DNA of 63,984 bases, the filler included, from Octopus bimaculoides (Eukaryota), in assembly GCF_001194135.2 (NCBI RefSeq). It is 4 parts of 4 records of this genome, joined end to end, with 100 filler letters (N's around TTAATTAATTAA, not from the genome) between each part and the next. Parts side by side here need not be neighbours in the genome. Positions count along the whole stretch, not along the records: positions 1 to 30,361 come from NC_068998.1; positions 30,462 to 50,901 come from NC_068993.1; 2 more parts are not named here. The stretch is one strand, 5' to 3'. Position 1 is the stretch's first letter. Every line of letters begins with the position of its first letter. The notes beneath the pieces are model-generated. The model ran no database searches, was not told where the DNA came from, and saw only the letters and a list, made by a program, of their open reading frames with translations. Made by a program: the position numbers and the translations under genes. Below, one piece after another: positions 20,813 to 32,899 of the stretch.

Positions 20813-23164
20813 ACAGGCAGGTAGATAGGTAGATAGACAGATGTATATAGGTAGATAGATGAAGATATAGGTGGATAAAGATAGTGGTAGATAGGTAAGC
20901 ATGTTGATAAGTAGACAGACAGGGATGTTGGTAGACACGTTGAGAAGTAGACAAGCAGGGATGTAACTAGTTAGATAGCGATATAGGTGGCTAGTTATGT
21001 AGATAGATAAATAAATAAAGATCTTTGATAGATAAAAAGGCATAACTGTGACCAAGATATCAATTAACATTTCAGTCCATACGTTTACTTCAAGACAGTT
21101 GCTCTTTCTTATCTTCCAAGTTTTTGAATTCCAATTGACTTGCGTTCACAGCCAGGTGCAATGCTTCTCCGCCATCCCCGCTCGTTAAAAATTCATAGCT
21201 TCTTACCATTTCCCAATGCCTCTCCTCTAATTATTTAATTACTATTCTGGCTATTCTGCCATCATCTTCATCAACTGGCACCAATATTTGTGTCATTTCC
21301 GTGGTATGGAAACGAGGCAGTTCCAAGGCAACTGTCATCAAACCAAGATAACTTGACGCTTTATTTCTTCGGCATTCTCTGGTTCCTGTTTTTCCTTCCT
21401 TCTTTCCTTTCTTTTTTTTATTTGTATTTCTTTCCTTCCATTTTGTTTTGTTTTGTTTTGTTTTCCTTGTTTACTTTTCTTGGCTTTTTCGGGTTTTTTT
21501 TTAATTTTGTCGTTTGTTTGTTTTTTTTGCCATCCTCTTCCTCTTCCATCATCGTTGTCTTCCTGTATCATCTTCATTCATAATCATACATCATCTGTGA
21601 TCATTATCCTCTCCATCACAATCATCGTCATCATCATCATCACCACCACTATGTCACCGCCATCCTGATATAACCACATATATCTCCAGTACCATAGCCA
21701 TCATCATCGTCATCGTACGATTGTTATCAGGGTCACCACTACCTTCATGACCACCACCGTCAACACCACCACCATCATATTCATCTCCACCGTCATCATC
21801 ATCATTGTCAGCATCATGATCACCTTATTGGAAGGAAATAAGCCAATCATCTCTGGAAGCCCTAAAGCAATGGGGGTTGTCGTTGGAGAGTAATGTGTCA
21901 ATGGATGAGGACACACAGACAGAAAGAGTAAGGAAAGATGGAGAGACAGACAGAAGGGCCAGTTTGAAATAAAAAAATGTTCCTCCTGTTGTTCACACAA
22001 TTACAAGTTTTGTCTGCTTCCTTCCTTCCTTCCTTTCTTACTTCCTCCTACTCCTCCCCCTCCCTGTTACTTCCTCCTACTCCTCCCCATTCTCCTCGTT
22101 CGCCCCATCTCCCTCCAGGCTCTTTTACAGTCAGTTGTCTGTCTGCTTTGGTAAATCAATTGGAATCCCCCATTAGATAACGTATTGGCCTTTTTTGACC
22201 TGCGAGGTCGGGTCGGGGGGTCATTCTCGCTCATCCACTCTATCAGCAGGCACTGTCTGTTGTGTCCTTGAGCAAGGATAACATCCCCCCTCACTCTTTG
22301 TCTCTTTCTCTCACCCTCCCCCATTCATTTATTTTATCAACTTTCAACATCTGTAAATATGTGTTCCAAGAATTTAAGAATTTAAGTAGCATGGGAAGGA
22401 AGGACATGTCACGCTGACATGACCGTTTGTTTTGCTTTGCCCTTCTGGTGTTGATTTCAAATCAGTGCTGCATGCAAACACCATCAGTGCCATCGCTGTC
22501 ATCAGCACCGTTGTCAATGGTAACGTCATCACCACCTCCATAACAATCGCTGTTGTTGGTATCAAAGCCTTCACCACTACCATCATCATCATCATTACCT
22601 ACCAACATTATCATTGTCGCCACCACCACTATCATGCCATCACAACCACCATCATCATCACCACCATCATCATCATCATCATCACCACCACCATACCATT
22701 ATCATCATCACCATTATCATAATAATCATCATAACTGAACTTTAGTCATCAAATTAGCAGAGTTGTTAGAGTACTGACTATAATGCCTTGTGGTATTTGT
22801 TCTAATGCCCTGTGCTCCGGGTTCAAATCCTGCCAAAGTCAAGTTTGCCTTTCATTGTTCATGGGTCAGTAAAAATGTACTTGTCAAGGCAGGTGGGTTG
22901 CTGGAATTCTTTAAGGGGTGGCAAAAGTGCCTCATAGTATCTGTTTTGGTTCTTTGCATTCTGATGGCAATTCCTGCAGTTTAGGTCTGACACCAAGCTA
23001 TCTTAGCCAAAGTCGGTAGCCTTTCCTTTGGACAAACACCAATGGTGGGAGAGAGGAGACTTGTATGGCTGGGCAACTGCTAAGCTTCCGTTAATAAAAA
23101 TCTCACTCACACCTAGCCATACATGTTCCCAGGATATGGCCAGCTTTAACCAACAAGTTCGCTA

Positions 23165-23540
23165 CTTCTTACTATATTTCATGCACGGAGCTTTCGTGAA
23201 ACTAAGGTCATTGTAGAAGACATGTGGCTCAATTCCAACTGACCCTGCTTCCTGTATTTTTTGCACAAAGTTTTGGTCAAGCTGGTGGGGGGATTCTAGA
23301 AGACTGTTCAGTTCCAACTGACACCATCCCCTGCATTTTGTGCACAAAGTTTGTCAATCTGGGCCATTGTAGAGAACACTTGGCTCAATTTCAGCTGATC
23401 CCCCTTCCTATATTTCCTACACCAAGCTTTGGTCAAACTGAGGCCATTGTAGAAGCCAGGTGGCTCAATTCCAACTGACCACCACTTCTATATTTCCTAC
23501 ATGAATCTTTGGTTGAACTGAGGCTGTAGTAGAAGACTAG
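23165..23540. repeat. Degenerate ~80-bp minisatellite, about 4.5 units, derived from the SINE-B core
   Basis: Unit anchors catt/gtagaag at 23209, 23293, 23365, 23445 and 23525 (spacings 84, 72, 80, 80). The unit contains ctttggtc..ctgaggc..tagtagaagac, the reverse of the SINE-B core. Confidence 0.75.
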
Positions 23541-24309
23541 ATTCTTGGTTCAATTGTGACTCATTGAAATTTAACTCGGAACCATATTGGTCTCTCACAC
23601 CTACCCTACAATGTCATTCTAAAAATAAACAATCACATCAGAATTTCAAAGCTATGAAATAATGCATGATTAATGTGAAAATATTGTGGATAAATAAGGA
23701 ATTTTGATGGGGGGGGGGGGAATCATACGCCATAGAAACCGGGAAACTGGGCCCATGAGCCTGGCTAGGCTTTAAAAGGCTGGGGAAAAAAAAAAACTCT
23801 GATTTATTAAATAATGGTACAAATTAGGGGTGCATCTTATGCACAAATAAAGACATTTTCTGGACCCCTGGTAGGTTGAAAGATGAGGTCACCGAACTCC
23901 ATCTTGCTGGATAATTTGAACTCACCCCATTGAGGGGTGGAATTACATTCCTGTAATACCTATAAACCTAACACTGTAATGTATCTTACCACAAGGGCCC
24001 TTGCTCTGTGATAATTAGTGTTATAATATTCTAACTGTTAATTAGTATAATTATTCACATTTATCATATTTCATTTGAAAACATTGAAGTGCAGTTAAGT
24101 GGCCGTTGACATGTTTAACCCCTCTGCGGCTATATTTCTAATTAAATGCTCTGTCTACATGTGTTTTTAATTAATGGTGGAAAATAATGAAGAACTTGGA
24201 GTGATTTAATGAAATGACTTTGTTTTAATTTTTTTTTTTTCCTTTTTACCATTGTTTAAATTGATGCTTAGAATATGGCATTACTTAACTTTAAAGATTA
24301 TTTATTAGA

Positions 24310-24838
24310 AGCGTGGCTGTGTTGTTAAGAGAGGCTTGCTTTGTAACCACCTGGTTTCAGATTCAGTTCCGCTACACGGCACCTTGAGCAAGTGTCTTCT
24401 GTTAATTATAGCCCCAGTCCGACCAACGCTTTGCGAGTCAATTTGGTTGATCAAAACTGTGAGGAAACCCATTATATATATAAATATATGTATATATATA
24501 TGTATATATCGGAGTAAGCACATAAATGTGAAACAAGGTGGAAAAAAAGAGTACTCAAATACCAGAGGTAGAGAGTGTCGTAAATAGCTTGCTTACCAAC
24601 CACATGGTTCTGGGTTCAGTCCCACTGCGTGGCACCATGGGCAAGTGTCTTCTACTTATAGCCTCGGGTCGACCAAAGCCTTGTGAGTGGATTTGGTAGA
24701 CGGAAACTGAAAGAAGCCTGTCGTATATATGTATATATATATATGTATGTGTGTTTATATGTTTGTGTGTCTGTGTTTGTCCCCCCCCCAACTTCGCTTG
24801 ACAACCGATGTTGGTGTGTCTACATCCCCGTAACTTAG
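24310..24838 (+). mobile_element. Two tandem SINE family B copies (24310-24480 degenerate; 24570-24838 running into a gap)
   Basis: gtggctgtgttgttaagagaggcttgc...ggcaccttgagcaagtgtcttc, then gtaaatagcttgcttaccaaccacatgg...gtgtttgtcccccc...ccccgtaacttag. Confidence 0.8.
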
Positions 24839-24943
24839 NNNNNNNNNNNNNNNNNNNNNNNNNNNNNNNNNNNNNNNNNNNNNNNNNNNNNNNNNNNNNN
24901 NNNNNNNNNNNNNNNNNNNNNNNNNNNNNNNNNNNNNNNNNNN

Positions 24944-25228
24944 TATTTTTGTTATGTATTTGTCTGAATATTTTTTTATTATACCTAAGGCACCTACTAT
25001 GATAGGAATTGTTTCTGTTTTTAGATTCCACATTCGAGTTATCTCTATTTCCAGGTCTTTGTATTTTGAAAGTTTTTCCATTTCTTTTAGAGAAACGTTG
25101 TCATCTACTGGTATTGATACATCAATTAGAAAGCATTTTTTTTCTTCATGATCTTTGACAACGATATCTGGTCTATTTGCCTTAATTTCTCTGTCTGTGT
25201 GTATTGGCATATCCCAGAGTATGGTTGC

Positions 25229-25229
<1 letters not shown>
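24944..25229 (-). mobile_element. R4/Dong-clade non-LTR retrotransposon, restriction-like endonuclease (RLE) domain fragment, 5'-truncated
   Basis: Open frame ATILWDMPIHTDREIKANRPDIVVKDHEEKKCFLIDVSIPVDDNVSLKEMEKLSKYKDLEIEITRMWNLKTETIPIIVGALGIIKK. The RPD..., ID, EK..KY.DL and IPIIVGALG pattern is the PD-(D/E)xK RLE of R2/R4-type elements. The 5' end abuts (TAA)n at 25230-25299; the 3' end runs into a gap. Confidence 0.9.
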
Positions 25230-25300
<71 letters not shown>

Positions 25301-25690
25301 GAGCGGTGAGCTAGCAGAATTGTTAGCACACTGGGCAATACACTTAGTGGTATATAGCCTGTTTCTGTTTTCTGGGTTCAGATTCTGCCGACGTCGACTT
25401 TGCCTTTCATCATTTTGGGGTCGTTAAAATAAGCACCTGTTAAACACTGGGGTCGACGTAATCGACCTGTCCCTTCCCCTAAAATTTCAGGCTCTGTGCC
25501 TATAGTAGGAAGGGTTATTATGCATAGTGATATTTCGTCTGGCTTTACATCCTGAGGTTGACTTTGCCATTCGTGTATTCGGGGTTCAAGAAAATAAGTA
25601 CTAATTGACCCCTGGGGTTGATGTAATCGACTTACACCTTTCCTCCAAAATTGCTGGTGCTGTGCCAAAATTTGAAACCATTATTATTAT
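25301..25690 (+). mobile_element. Two tandem SINE family A copies (second partial), preceded by (ATT)n
   Basis: gagcggtgagctagcagaattgttagcacac...ggggtcgacgtaatcgacc...aagggttattat, then a second core ending aaaatttgaaaccattattatt. Confidence 0.8.
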
Positions 25691-26795
25691 TTATTATTAT
25701 TTTTTTTTTTAAATACTGACCTAATTTACATAATTACTCCTGTTTAGTTATTTTCCTAATCAGTAAATTTTCCCAATGCCTATTGCAGTGCTTGGGACAT
25801 AAACAATATTAGTTGTTGTTGGGTTTTTTTTTTTATTTTGGTGGAGGGTCAGGACCTATAAAAGAAGAAGAAAAAGACCGTTTTAGAAACATTCACAGTG
25901 TATATAACCTTGTCTCCTTAAAAAGACATGCCTCTATGCAAATTTTCAGCTGGCTTGGTGCAACCCTCTGGCCTTACAGCTTCTAACATACAACCACACA
26001 CGTATATGGTGTGTGTATATGTATATGTATATTTTACTCATTCATGCATGCGTATTATATTGTATACACATACATTTGTAAATATATGTGTATGTATATA
26101 CACACATGCACACATAAATATCAGAGGAGAGAGTGAGGATGCGTGTATGTGTGTGTGGGAATGATGGGAGTGGAGAATGGGGATGGAAGCATTATTATGC
26201 CATTCTTTGATCAATCATGTCGAATTTATTCTTCACCAAAACCTCAAATCTTCTCACCTAATCAATAACAGTTAGTGTATAAAAAAGAACAAAAAAAATC
26301 ATATTCTTTTATATTTTTTCTTTTCTTTGTTTAATTTATTGATGTTTTTTTTTTTTTTTCTTTCTTTTTGGTTCCGCCAACAATTTTGTATCTAATTTGT
26401 AATAATTCTTGCTTCCAACCCAAAACCTAGCCTGATTCTTGGCAACAATTTTTAGCTTTTTTTGTTCTTTCTGTTTTTCCGGCTCCTTCCCCACTTCATC
26501 TTGGTGTGTGTGTGTTTTTTTTTTCCTTCTAATTTTCACATTTCTATGTTAGTCATTCTTTTGTTTCTCCTAAATTTTCTTTATCCGTTTTTTTTTTTTT
26601 GCGTCTGTTGTTTCCTTTTTCCCCCTTATCTTATTTTAGGTTTTTCTGGGGTTTTTTTTTGCCATTTTGGTTCCGCATCATTCCATGTGTGTGTGAGACT
26701 GGGTTGGAAAAAAATTTTGTATTTTCCTATTCTTCTCTGGGTCAAGGGCAAGAGGGTCAATAGGTTGTCTGGGGCACTCGCAACTGCATCGTTAC

Positions 26796-26842
26796 CTGCA
26801 ACAATTAGCGAAAGCATGGTGCATGTTACCAAATCATACTTG
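26796..26842 (-). CDS. Candidate short internal exon (47 nt, phase 2-1)
   Basis: Minus-strand acceptor cctttacttttaag|, donor GCAG|gtaacg. One open frame: xKYDLVTCTMLSLIVA. I recognise no homology. Confidence 0.25.
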
Positions 26843-26932
26843 CTTAAAAGTAAAGGTTTCGGTTATATGCGTGTATTTGTGCGTGCTCCTGTGCATTTGT
26901 ACATGCATGTGTTTGTGTGCGAATATACAGTG

Positions 26933-26969
<37 letters not shown>

Positions 26970-26970
26970 T

Positions 26971-27270
26971 ACTGGCACTTGTGCCGGTGGCATGTGAACA
27001 AAACATTGGCAGACTCCTGTGCAGGTGGCACATAAAAAACACCATCTGAGCGTGGCCATTGCCAGTACCGCCGGACTGGCCCTCGTGCCGGCGGTACGTA
27101 AAAGCACCCACTACACTATTGGAGTGGTTGGTGTTAGGAAGGGCATCCAGCTATAGAAACTCTGCCAGATCAGATTGGAGCCTGGTGTAGCCATCTGGTT
27201 TCACCAGTCCTCAGTCGAATTGTCCAACCCATGCTAGCATGGAAAGCGAACGTTAAATGATGATGATGAT
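26971..27270 (+). mobile_element. RTE-type retroposon 3' region with repeated gtgccggtggca motifs and a (GAT)n tail
   Basis: ggcacttgtgccggtggcatg...gcaggtggcacataaaaaacacc...gtgccggcggtacgtaaaagcacccac...gttaaatgatgatgatgat. Confidence 0.85.
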
Positions 27271-27284
27271 ATATATGTATACAT

Positions 27285-27640
27285 TGTTTTTGTTTCAGTC
27301 ATTTGGCTGTGGCCATGCTGGAGTACCACTGATTAGTTTCAGTTGAACAAATCGACCCTAGTACTTATTCTATTGGTACTATTTTGCTGAACTGCTAAGT
27401 GATGAGGACATAAACACAGCAACACCAGTTGTCAAGCGCTGGTGTGGTTCAAACACAGACACAAGGACACATACGTGTATATACATGAGAGGCTTCTTTC
27501 AGTTTCCGTCTACCAAGCCCACCAACAAGGCTTTGGTTAGCCTGAGGCTGTGGTGGAAGACACTCGCCCAAGGTGTCACACAGGGGGACTGAACCCGGAA
27601 CCATGCGGTTGGGAAGCAAGCGTCTTGCCACACTGCTACA
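27285..27640 (-). mobile_element. SINE family B, full length, degenerate
   Basis: ttgtttcagtcatttggctgtggccatgctggag...ttctttcagtttccgtctacc...ggaagacactcgcccaagg...gggactgaacccggaaccatg. Confidence 0.8.
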
Positions 27641-27650
27641 CTTATTTATA

Positions 27651-27863
27651 CAAGGATGTTCTGGAAAGTTCTTGGCTTTGGATAAAAGAAAATACGGGAG
27701 ATTTAATTAATTATGATTTTATTCAACAAATTTCCCTCTCAGATTCTCGTACTCACTGGAGTGGTCCTTCAGTCTTTCTAAGCCCTGTAAAAGAACTCAG
27801 AAGGTTGGGCCTCCAGCCAGGCCTTTCACGATACCCTTAAAGCCAGGAACTTTGGATATATTG
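27651..27863. mobile_element. mariner-type MITE
   Basis: TA|CAAGGATGTTCTGGAAAGTTCTTGGCTTT at the left end and AAAGCCAGGAACTTT...TTG|TA at the right end (right TIR partly decayed). Confidence 0.65.
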
Positions 27864-27864
27864 T

Positions 27865-27895
<31 letters not shown>

Positions 27896-28230
27896 CCCAA
27901 ACAGAATGTCTGAAAAAATTTACCCTTGGTTCTATATGCACATTTGGGTTTCCCATAAGCAAATTTTATCCCAACGCTCATTGCTATCAGCTAATTTTAA
28001 TCCAGACGATCTCTTCTACTTAACCTCATTTCATAATATGTTCAGCTGAACTGCTAAATTACTTTTTATGAACACTAATGTTCCCTCTTATAGCTAAACT
28101 ACTTTGGTAATGTTTTGTAATGAACTACTAGAAGACTTTAAGTATTACATGCTTCAATGTACTTTAAATTCTTCTTTTTTTATTTGGATATGCGTGTGTA
28201 TGTAAATATATAGATATATAAATAAACATA

Positions 28231-28393
28231 GGCGCAGGGGTGGCTGTGTGATAAGTAGAATGCTTACCAACCACATGGTTCTGGGTTCAGTCCCACTGCG
28301 TGGCGCCTTAAGCAGGTGTTTTCTACTATAGCCTCGGGCTGACCAAAGCCTTGTGAGTGGATTTGGTAGACGGAAACTGAAAGAAGCCCGTTG

Positions 28394-28424
<31 letters not shown>

Positions 28425-28609
28425 TTGTCCCCCCAGCATCGCTTGACAGCCGATGGTGGCGTGTTTACATCCCCGTAACTTAGCGGTTCGGCAAAAGAGA
28501 ATGATAGAATAAATACTAGGCTTCCAAAGAAAAGGTCCTGGGGTTGATTTGCTTGACTAAAGGTGGTGCTCCAGCATGGCCGCAGTCAAATGACTGAAAC
28601 AAGTAAAAG
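28231..28609 (+). mobile_element. SINE family B, full length
   Basis: ggcgcaggggtggctgtgtgataagtagaatgcttaccaacc...cagcatggccgcagtcaaatgactgaaacaagtaaaag. Confidence 0.92.
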
Positions 28610-29179
28610 TGTATTTGTCTGTTTATTAGTGAAATGTCTTTAATCTTGGAATTAGATATGNNNNNNNNNNNNNNNNNNNNNNNNNNNNNNNNNNNNNNNN
28701 NNNNNNNNNNNNNNNNNNNNNNNNNNNNNNNNNNNNNNNNNNNNNNNNNNNNNNNNNNNNNNNNNNNNNNNNNNNNNNNNNNNNNNNNNNNNNNNNNNNN
28801 NNNNNNNNNNNNNNNNNNNNNNNNNNNNNNNNNNNNNNNNNNNNNNNNNNNNNNNNNNNNNNNNNNNNNNNNNNNNNNNNNNNNNNNNNNNNNNNNNNNN
28901 NNNNNNNNNNNNNNNNNNNNNNNNNNNNNNNNNNNNNNNNNNNNNNNNNNNNNNNNNNNNNNNNNNNNNNNNNNNNNNNNNNNNNNNNNNNNNNNNNNNN
29001 NNNNNNNNNNNNNNNNNNNNNNNNNNNNNNNNNNNNNNNNNNNNNNNNNNNNNNNNNNNNNNNNNNNNNNNNNNNNNNNNNNNNNNNNNNNNNNNNNNNN
29101 NNNNNNNNNNNNNNNNNNNNNNNNNNNNNNNNNNNNNNNNNNNNNNNNNNNNNNNNNNNNNNNNNNNNNNNNNNNNNNN

Positions 29180-29822
29180 CCCCAAATCTTCCTTTGAAAA
29201 GACCTCGAATTCAGAATCGCTGCTAGATAACCTGAAACTGTTATTCATTTTAAAAGTTGTTAAAAAAATCACTGATGTAAAAATGTAGAAGAAAATCTCC
29301 CAAAATTCCCGTTGTAAGTAGCTTGCTTACCAAACCACATGGTTCCGGGTTCAGTCCCACTGCGTGGCATCTTGGGCAAGTGTCTTCTACTATAGCCTCG
29401 GGCCGACCAAAGCCTTGTGAGTGGATTTGGTAGACGGAAACTGAAAGAAGCCCGTCGTATATATGTACATATGTGTATATTTGTGTGTCTGTGTTTGTCC
29501 CCCTAGCATTGCTTGACGACCGATGCTGGTGTGTTTATGCCCTTGTCACTTAGTGGTTCGGCAAAAGAGACCGATAGAATAAATACTGGGCTTACAAAGA
29601 ATAAGTCCCGGGGTTGATTTGCTTGACTAAAAGCAGTGCTCCAGCATGGTCGCAATTAAATGACTGAAACAAGTAAAAGAGTAAAGAGAGAGTGCTCAGT
29701 TATCACGTGAAACACTGTCGGGTACTGTAACCTGAGTTTGCTCAGCCAGCTTCGGCCAGGCTGGTTGTTGAGTCAAAAAATATTTTGACCGGCTGCGGCT
29801 GGGTTGGTAACGAAAGGGCTAA
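29180..29822 (-). mobile_element. Probable piggyBac-like transposon 5' end, interrupted by a SINE and running into a gap
   Basis: Minus strand starts TTAG|CCCTTTCGTTACCAACCC (compare the CCCTTTCGATACC MITE termini at 17671). Beyond the SINE insert it reads MNNSFRLSSSDSEFEVFSKEDLG, an acidic N-terminus like those of DNA-transposon transposases. Confidence 0.45.
29313..29690 (+). mobile_element. SINE family B, near full length, young-looking
   Basis: gtaagtagcttgcttaccaaaccacatggttccgggttcagtcccactgcgtggcatcttgggcaagtg...gaaacaagtaaaagagtaaagag. Confidence 0.92.
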
Positions 29823-30361
29823 ACATTAATTTACAACCGTAGCTGTCATACTAGTGGTTTGGCTCAATTTCCAGTCTTCCTTGAAAGATATATCTGGCTG
29901 TAGGGGAATATCTTGCTTAGAATCAAATCAGGTGGGCGTTGGCAACAGGAAAAGCATCCCACTTTCGAAAATCTGCTCCAACAAATGTTGTGTGTGCCAT
30001 GCAGGCATGGTAAAGTGCACATGATGGAAATAATGCTGATGATAAAGAGATATGCTGGAAGTACAAAAAAAATAATTAAAAAAATTGATAATTCATGGAC
30101 TGGTGCATGGTTAGAGGGACATTTGACTGTTATTTCTAGCAGCTGAGCAATCCACGTAATGGGGTGCGTTATTGACTGGTCACTTGGTGCTAACACCAGT
30201 GCAGTACTAATGTGCAAAACTGCTTTTATTTTGAAAATTATTTTTCCATAGATTTTGAAATTTTTTTTTTTTTTGTATTTCCTTTAAAACTAAATTTTTT
30301 AAAACAAAAATTTCTATTTCAAATTCTATATTTCGTATTTTATAATTTATTCCACCTTTAT

Positions 30362-30461
30362 NNNNNNNNNNNNNNNNNNNNNNNNNNNNNNNNNNNNNNN
30401 NNNNNTTAATTAATTAANNNNNNNNNNNNNNNNNNNNNNNNNNNNNNNNNNNNNNNNNNNN
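30362..30461. other. Artificial scaffold linker N44-TTAATTAATTAA-N44 (assembly artefact)
   Basis: Exactly 100 nt with stop codons in all six frames; identical structure at 50902-51001 and 62311-62410. Confidence 0.95.
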
Positions 30462-31220
30462 CACCGCCACTACCACTACTACCATCATCACCACCACCAT
30501 CGCTAGTACCACCGTCACAACTACCGCCATCACAACCACCACCACCACCATCACCACCACCACAACCACAACCACCACCGCCACCATCAGCACCAGCACC
30601 ACCACCACCACTACTACAACCATCGTCACCACTGCCATCACCACTGCCACCTCCACCATCGCCACTACCACCATCACCACCACCACCATCGCCAGTACCA
30701 CCATCACCACTCTCATCATCCCCGCTACAACCACCATCTCCACTCTCACCATCACCACTACCACCATCACCACCACCACCATCGTGACTACCACCGTCAC
30801 AGCCATCACCAATACCACCACCGCAACAATCACCACTACCACCATCTACACTACCACCACTTTAACCACTAACACCTTCGCTACTACCACCATCATCAAG
30901 GCCACTGCAACCGTTACCACTACCACTGACAGCATCATAACCACACTATCACCACTGCTACAATCACATCCACCACTCTCAACAGTAGCACAAGCTCCAC
31001 TCTTTTTACTATCACCGTCACAGACAATACTATCACCACCACAACTATTGCCAGTACCACTGTCACAACCACCACCATCACCACTACCACTACTATGACT
31101 GCTACCATCACTTTCACAATCATCATTATTTGCAACACTACCACCACTACCACTACCCACACTACAGTCGCTACTATCTCCGCTGCCACCATCGTCACAC
31201 AAACCCAACGACGATCATCA
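30462..31220. repeat. Degenerate (CAC/CAT/TAC)n trinucleotide low-complexity tract
   Basis: About 760 nt of acc/acc-atc/act triplets, which generate the spurious poly-V and poly-T ORFs. Similar tracts lie at 21590-21830, 22490-22735 and 58980-59260. Confidence 0.9.
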
Positions 31221-31261
31221 TCTTAAATAGAAATACGACTGCGTCGCAATATATGTAGCAT

Positions 31262-31410
31262 CGCACGTTCTGAGTTCAAATTCCGCCGAGGTCGACTTTA
31301 CCTTTCATCCTTTCGCAATCGATAAATTAAGTACCAGTCTCATACTGGAGTTGATCTAATCGACTGGCCCCCCCTCCCCCCAAATTTCGGGCCTTGTGCC
31401 TAGAGCAGGA
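31262..31410 (+). mobile_element. SINE family A, 5'-truncated
   Basis: acgttctgagttcaaattccgccgaggtcgactttacctttcatcc...ctaatcgactggccccc...gggccttgtgcctagagcagg. Confidence 0.85.
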
Positions 31411-31736
31411 AACAATATATTTACATCAGTAATAAAATATATCCAGCACCACCACCACCACCAACAACTGGTTGTGTACATACGTGCACATATATGTATA
31501 TAAACGTTCGTATATGTAAGTATATCGTATGTTTATGTATATATGTGTGTATTTATGTGCTTTTCTGTGTATATTACATTCATGAAAGCATTTCTTATGC
31601 AGAGCTAAAAATCCAGGAACTGGAATTATCAAGTAATTTTTGCTAGTTTATTTTGACTTCGTCTCGCCCTTTGTGCCATATGAACATTTATTGTGGTTTA
31701 GAGTCAAGATTTGGTTGCTATTTTTCAGCGTGCCGG

Positions 31737-31775
<39 letters not shown>

Positions 31776-32899
31776 ATATCTATCTATCTATCTATCTATC
31801 TATATATATATATATATANNNNNNNNNNNNNNNNNNNNNNNNNNNNNNNNNNNNNNNNNNNNNNNNNNNNNNNNNNNNNNNNNNNNNNNNNNNNNNNNNN
31901 NNNNNNNNNNNNNNNNNNNNNNNNNNNNNNNNNNNNNNNNNNNNNNNNNNNNNNNNNNNNNNNNNNNNNNNNNNNNNNNNNNNNNNNNNNNNNNNNNNNN
32001 NNNNNNNNNNNNNNNNNNNNNNNNNNNNNNNNNNNNNNNNNNNNNNNNNNNNNNNNNNNNNNNNNNNNNNNNNNNNNNNNNNNNNNNNNNNNNNNNNNNN
32101 NNNNNNNNNNNNNNNNNNNNNNNNNNNNNNNNNNNNNNNNNNNNNNNNNNNNNNNNNNNNNNNNNNNNNNNNNNNNNNNNNNNNNNNNNNNNNNNNNNNN
32201 NNNNNNNNNNNNNNNNNNNNNNNNNNNNNNNNNNNNNNNNNNNNNNNNNNNNNNNNNNNNNNNNNNNNNNNNNNNNNNNNNNNNNNNNNNNNNNNNNNNN
32301 NNNNNNNNNNNNNNNNNNNNNNNNNNNNNNNNNNNNNNNNNNNNNNNNNNNNNNNNNNNNNNNNNNNNNNNNNNNNNNNNNNNNNNNNNNNNNNNNNNNT
32401 ATAGGATTTTATCGAAATTAAAATAGCAATATATGGAAGAAATACTTGTGTGATGTGATGACCAAAAACTTAATTTTATAAAACATTCTATTTTTAATAA
32501 TATTGAAAGCAGAGAACGGTAGTTCCTAACTAAATTGTTCCATGAATTACTACAATGAGAAATTGTATAATTCTAAATCACCATGAACGCATCAAAAATA
32601 TCTCACGATAATATATTTTCTACGTGTGAGAAAGGGGGAAAGACTGTGTGCGAATATGTTTGCCACGGAATGACGAGAGGGAGAGGAGAGACTCGTCACA
32701 AAGATCAAAGTTGAAATTTTCAGTAAGTTTTCCTGAATTGTAAGAATGTGCTGTGTAAGTGAAAATACTGATATTCATTTAATTACTTTTGTTCGGTGAT
32801 TTTCTATTAATGTCATCAATTGTAAAATAATGACTACATTGTTGTGAGACATTAATATAGAAATTAAAATCAGATAATTTAGTGGATAAAGTGACTAAA

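Noticed and set aside
23165-23540. CRISPR-like array
   Set aside because: Whole units are homologous (no unique spacers), they derive from a SINE core, and the context is eukaryotic with no cas genes.
30406-30417. TTAATTAATTAA motif recurring three times (also 50946, 62355)
   Set aside because: Each is centred in exactly 44+44 Ns; this is a synthetic six-frame-stop scaffold spacer, not biology.
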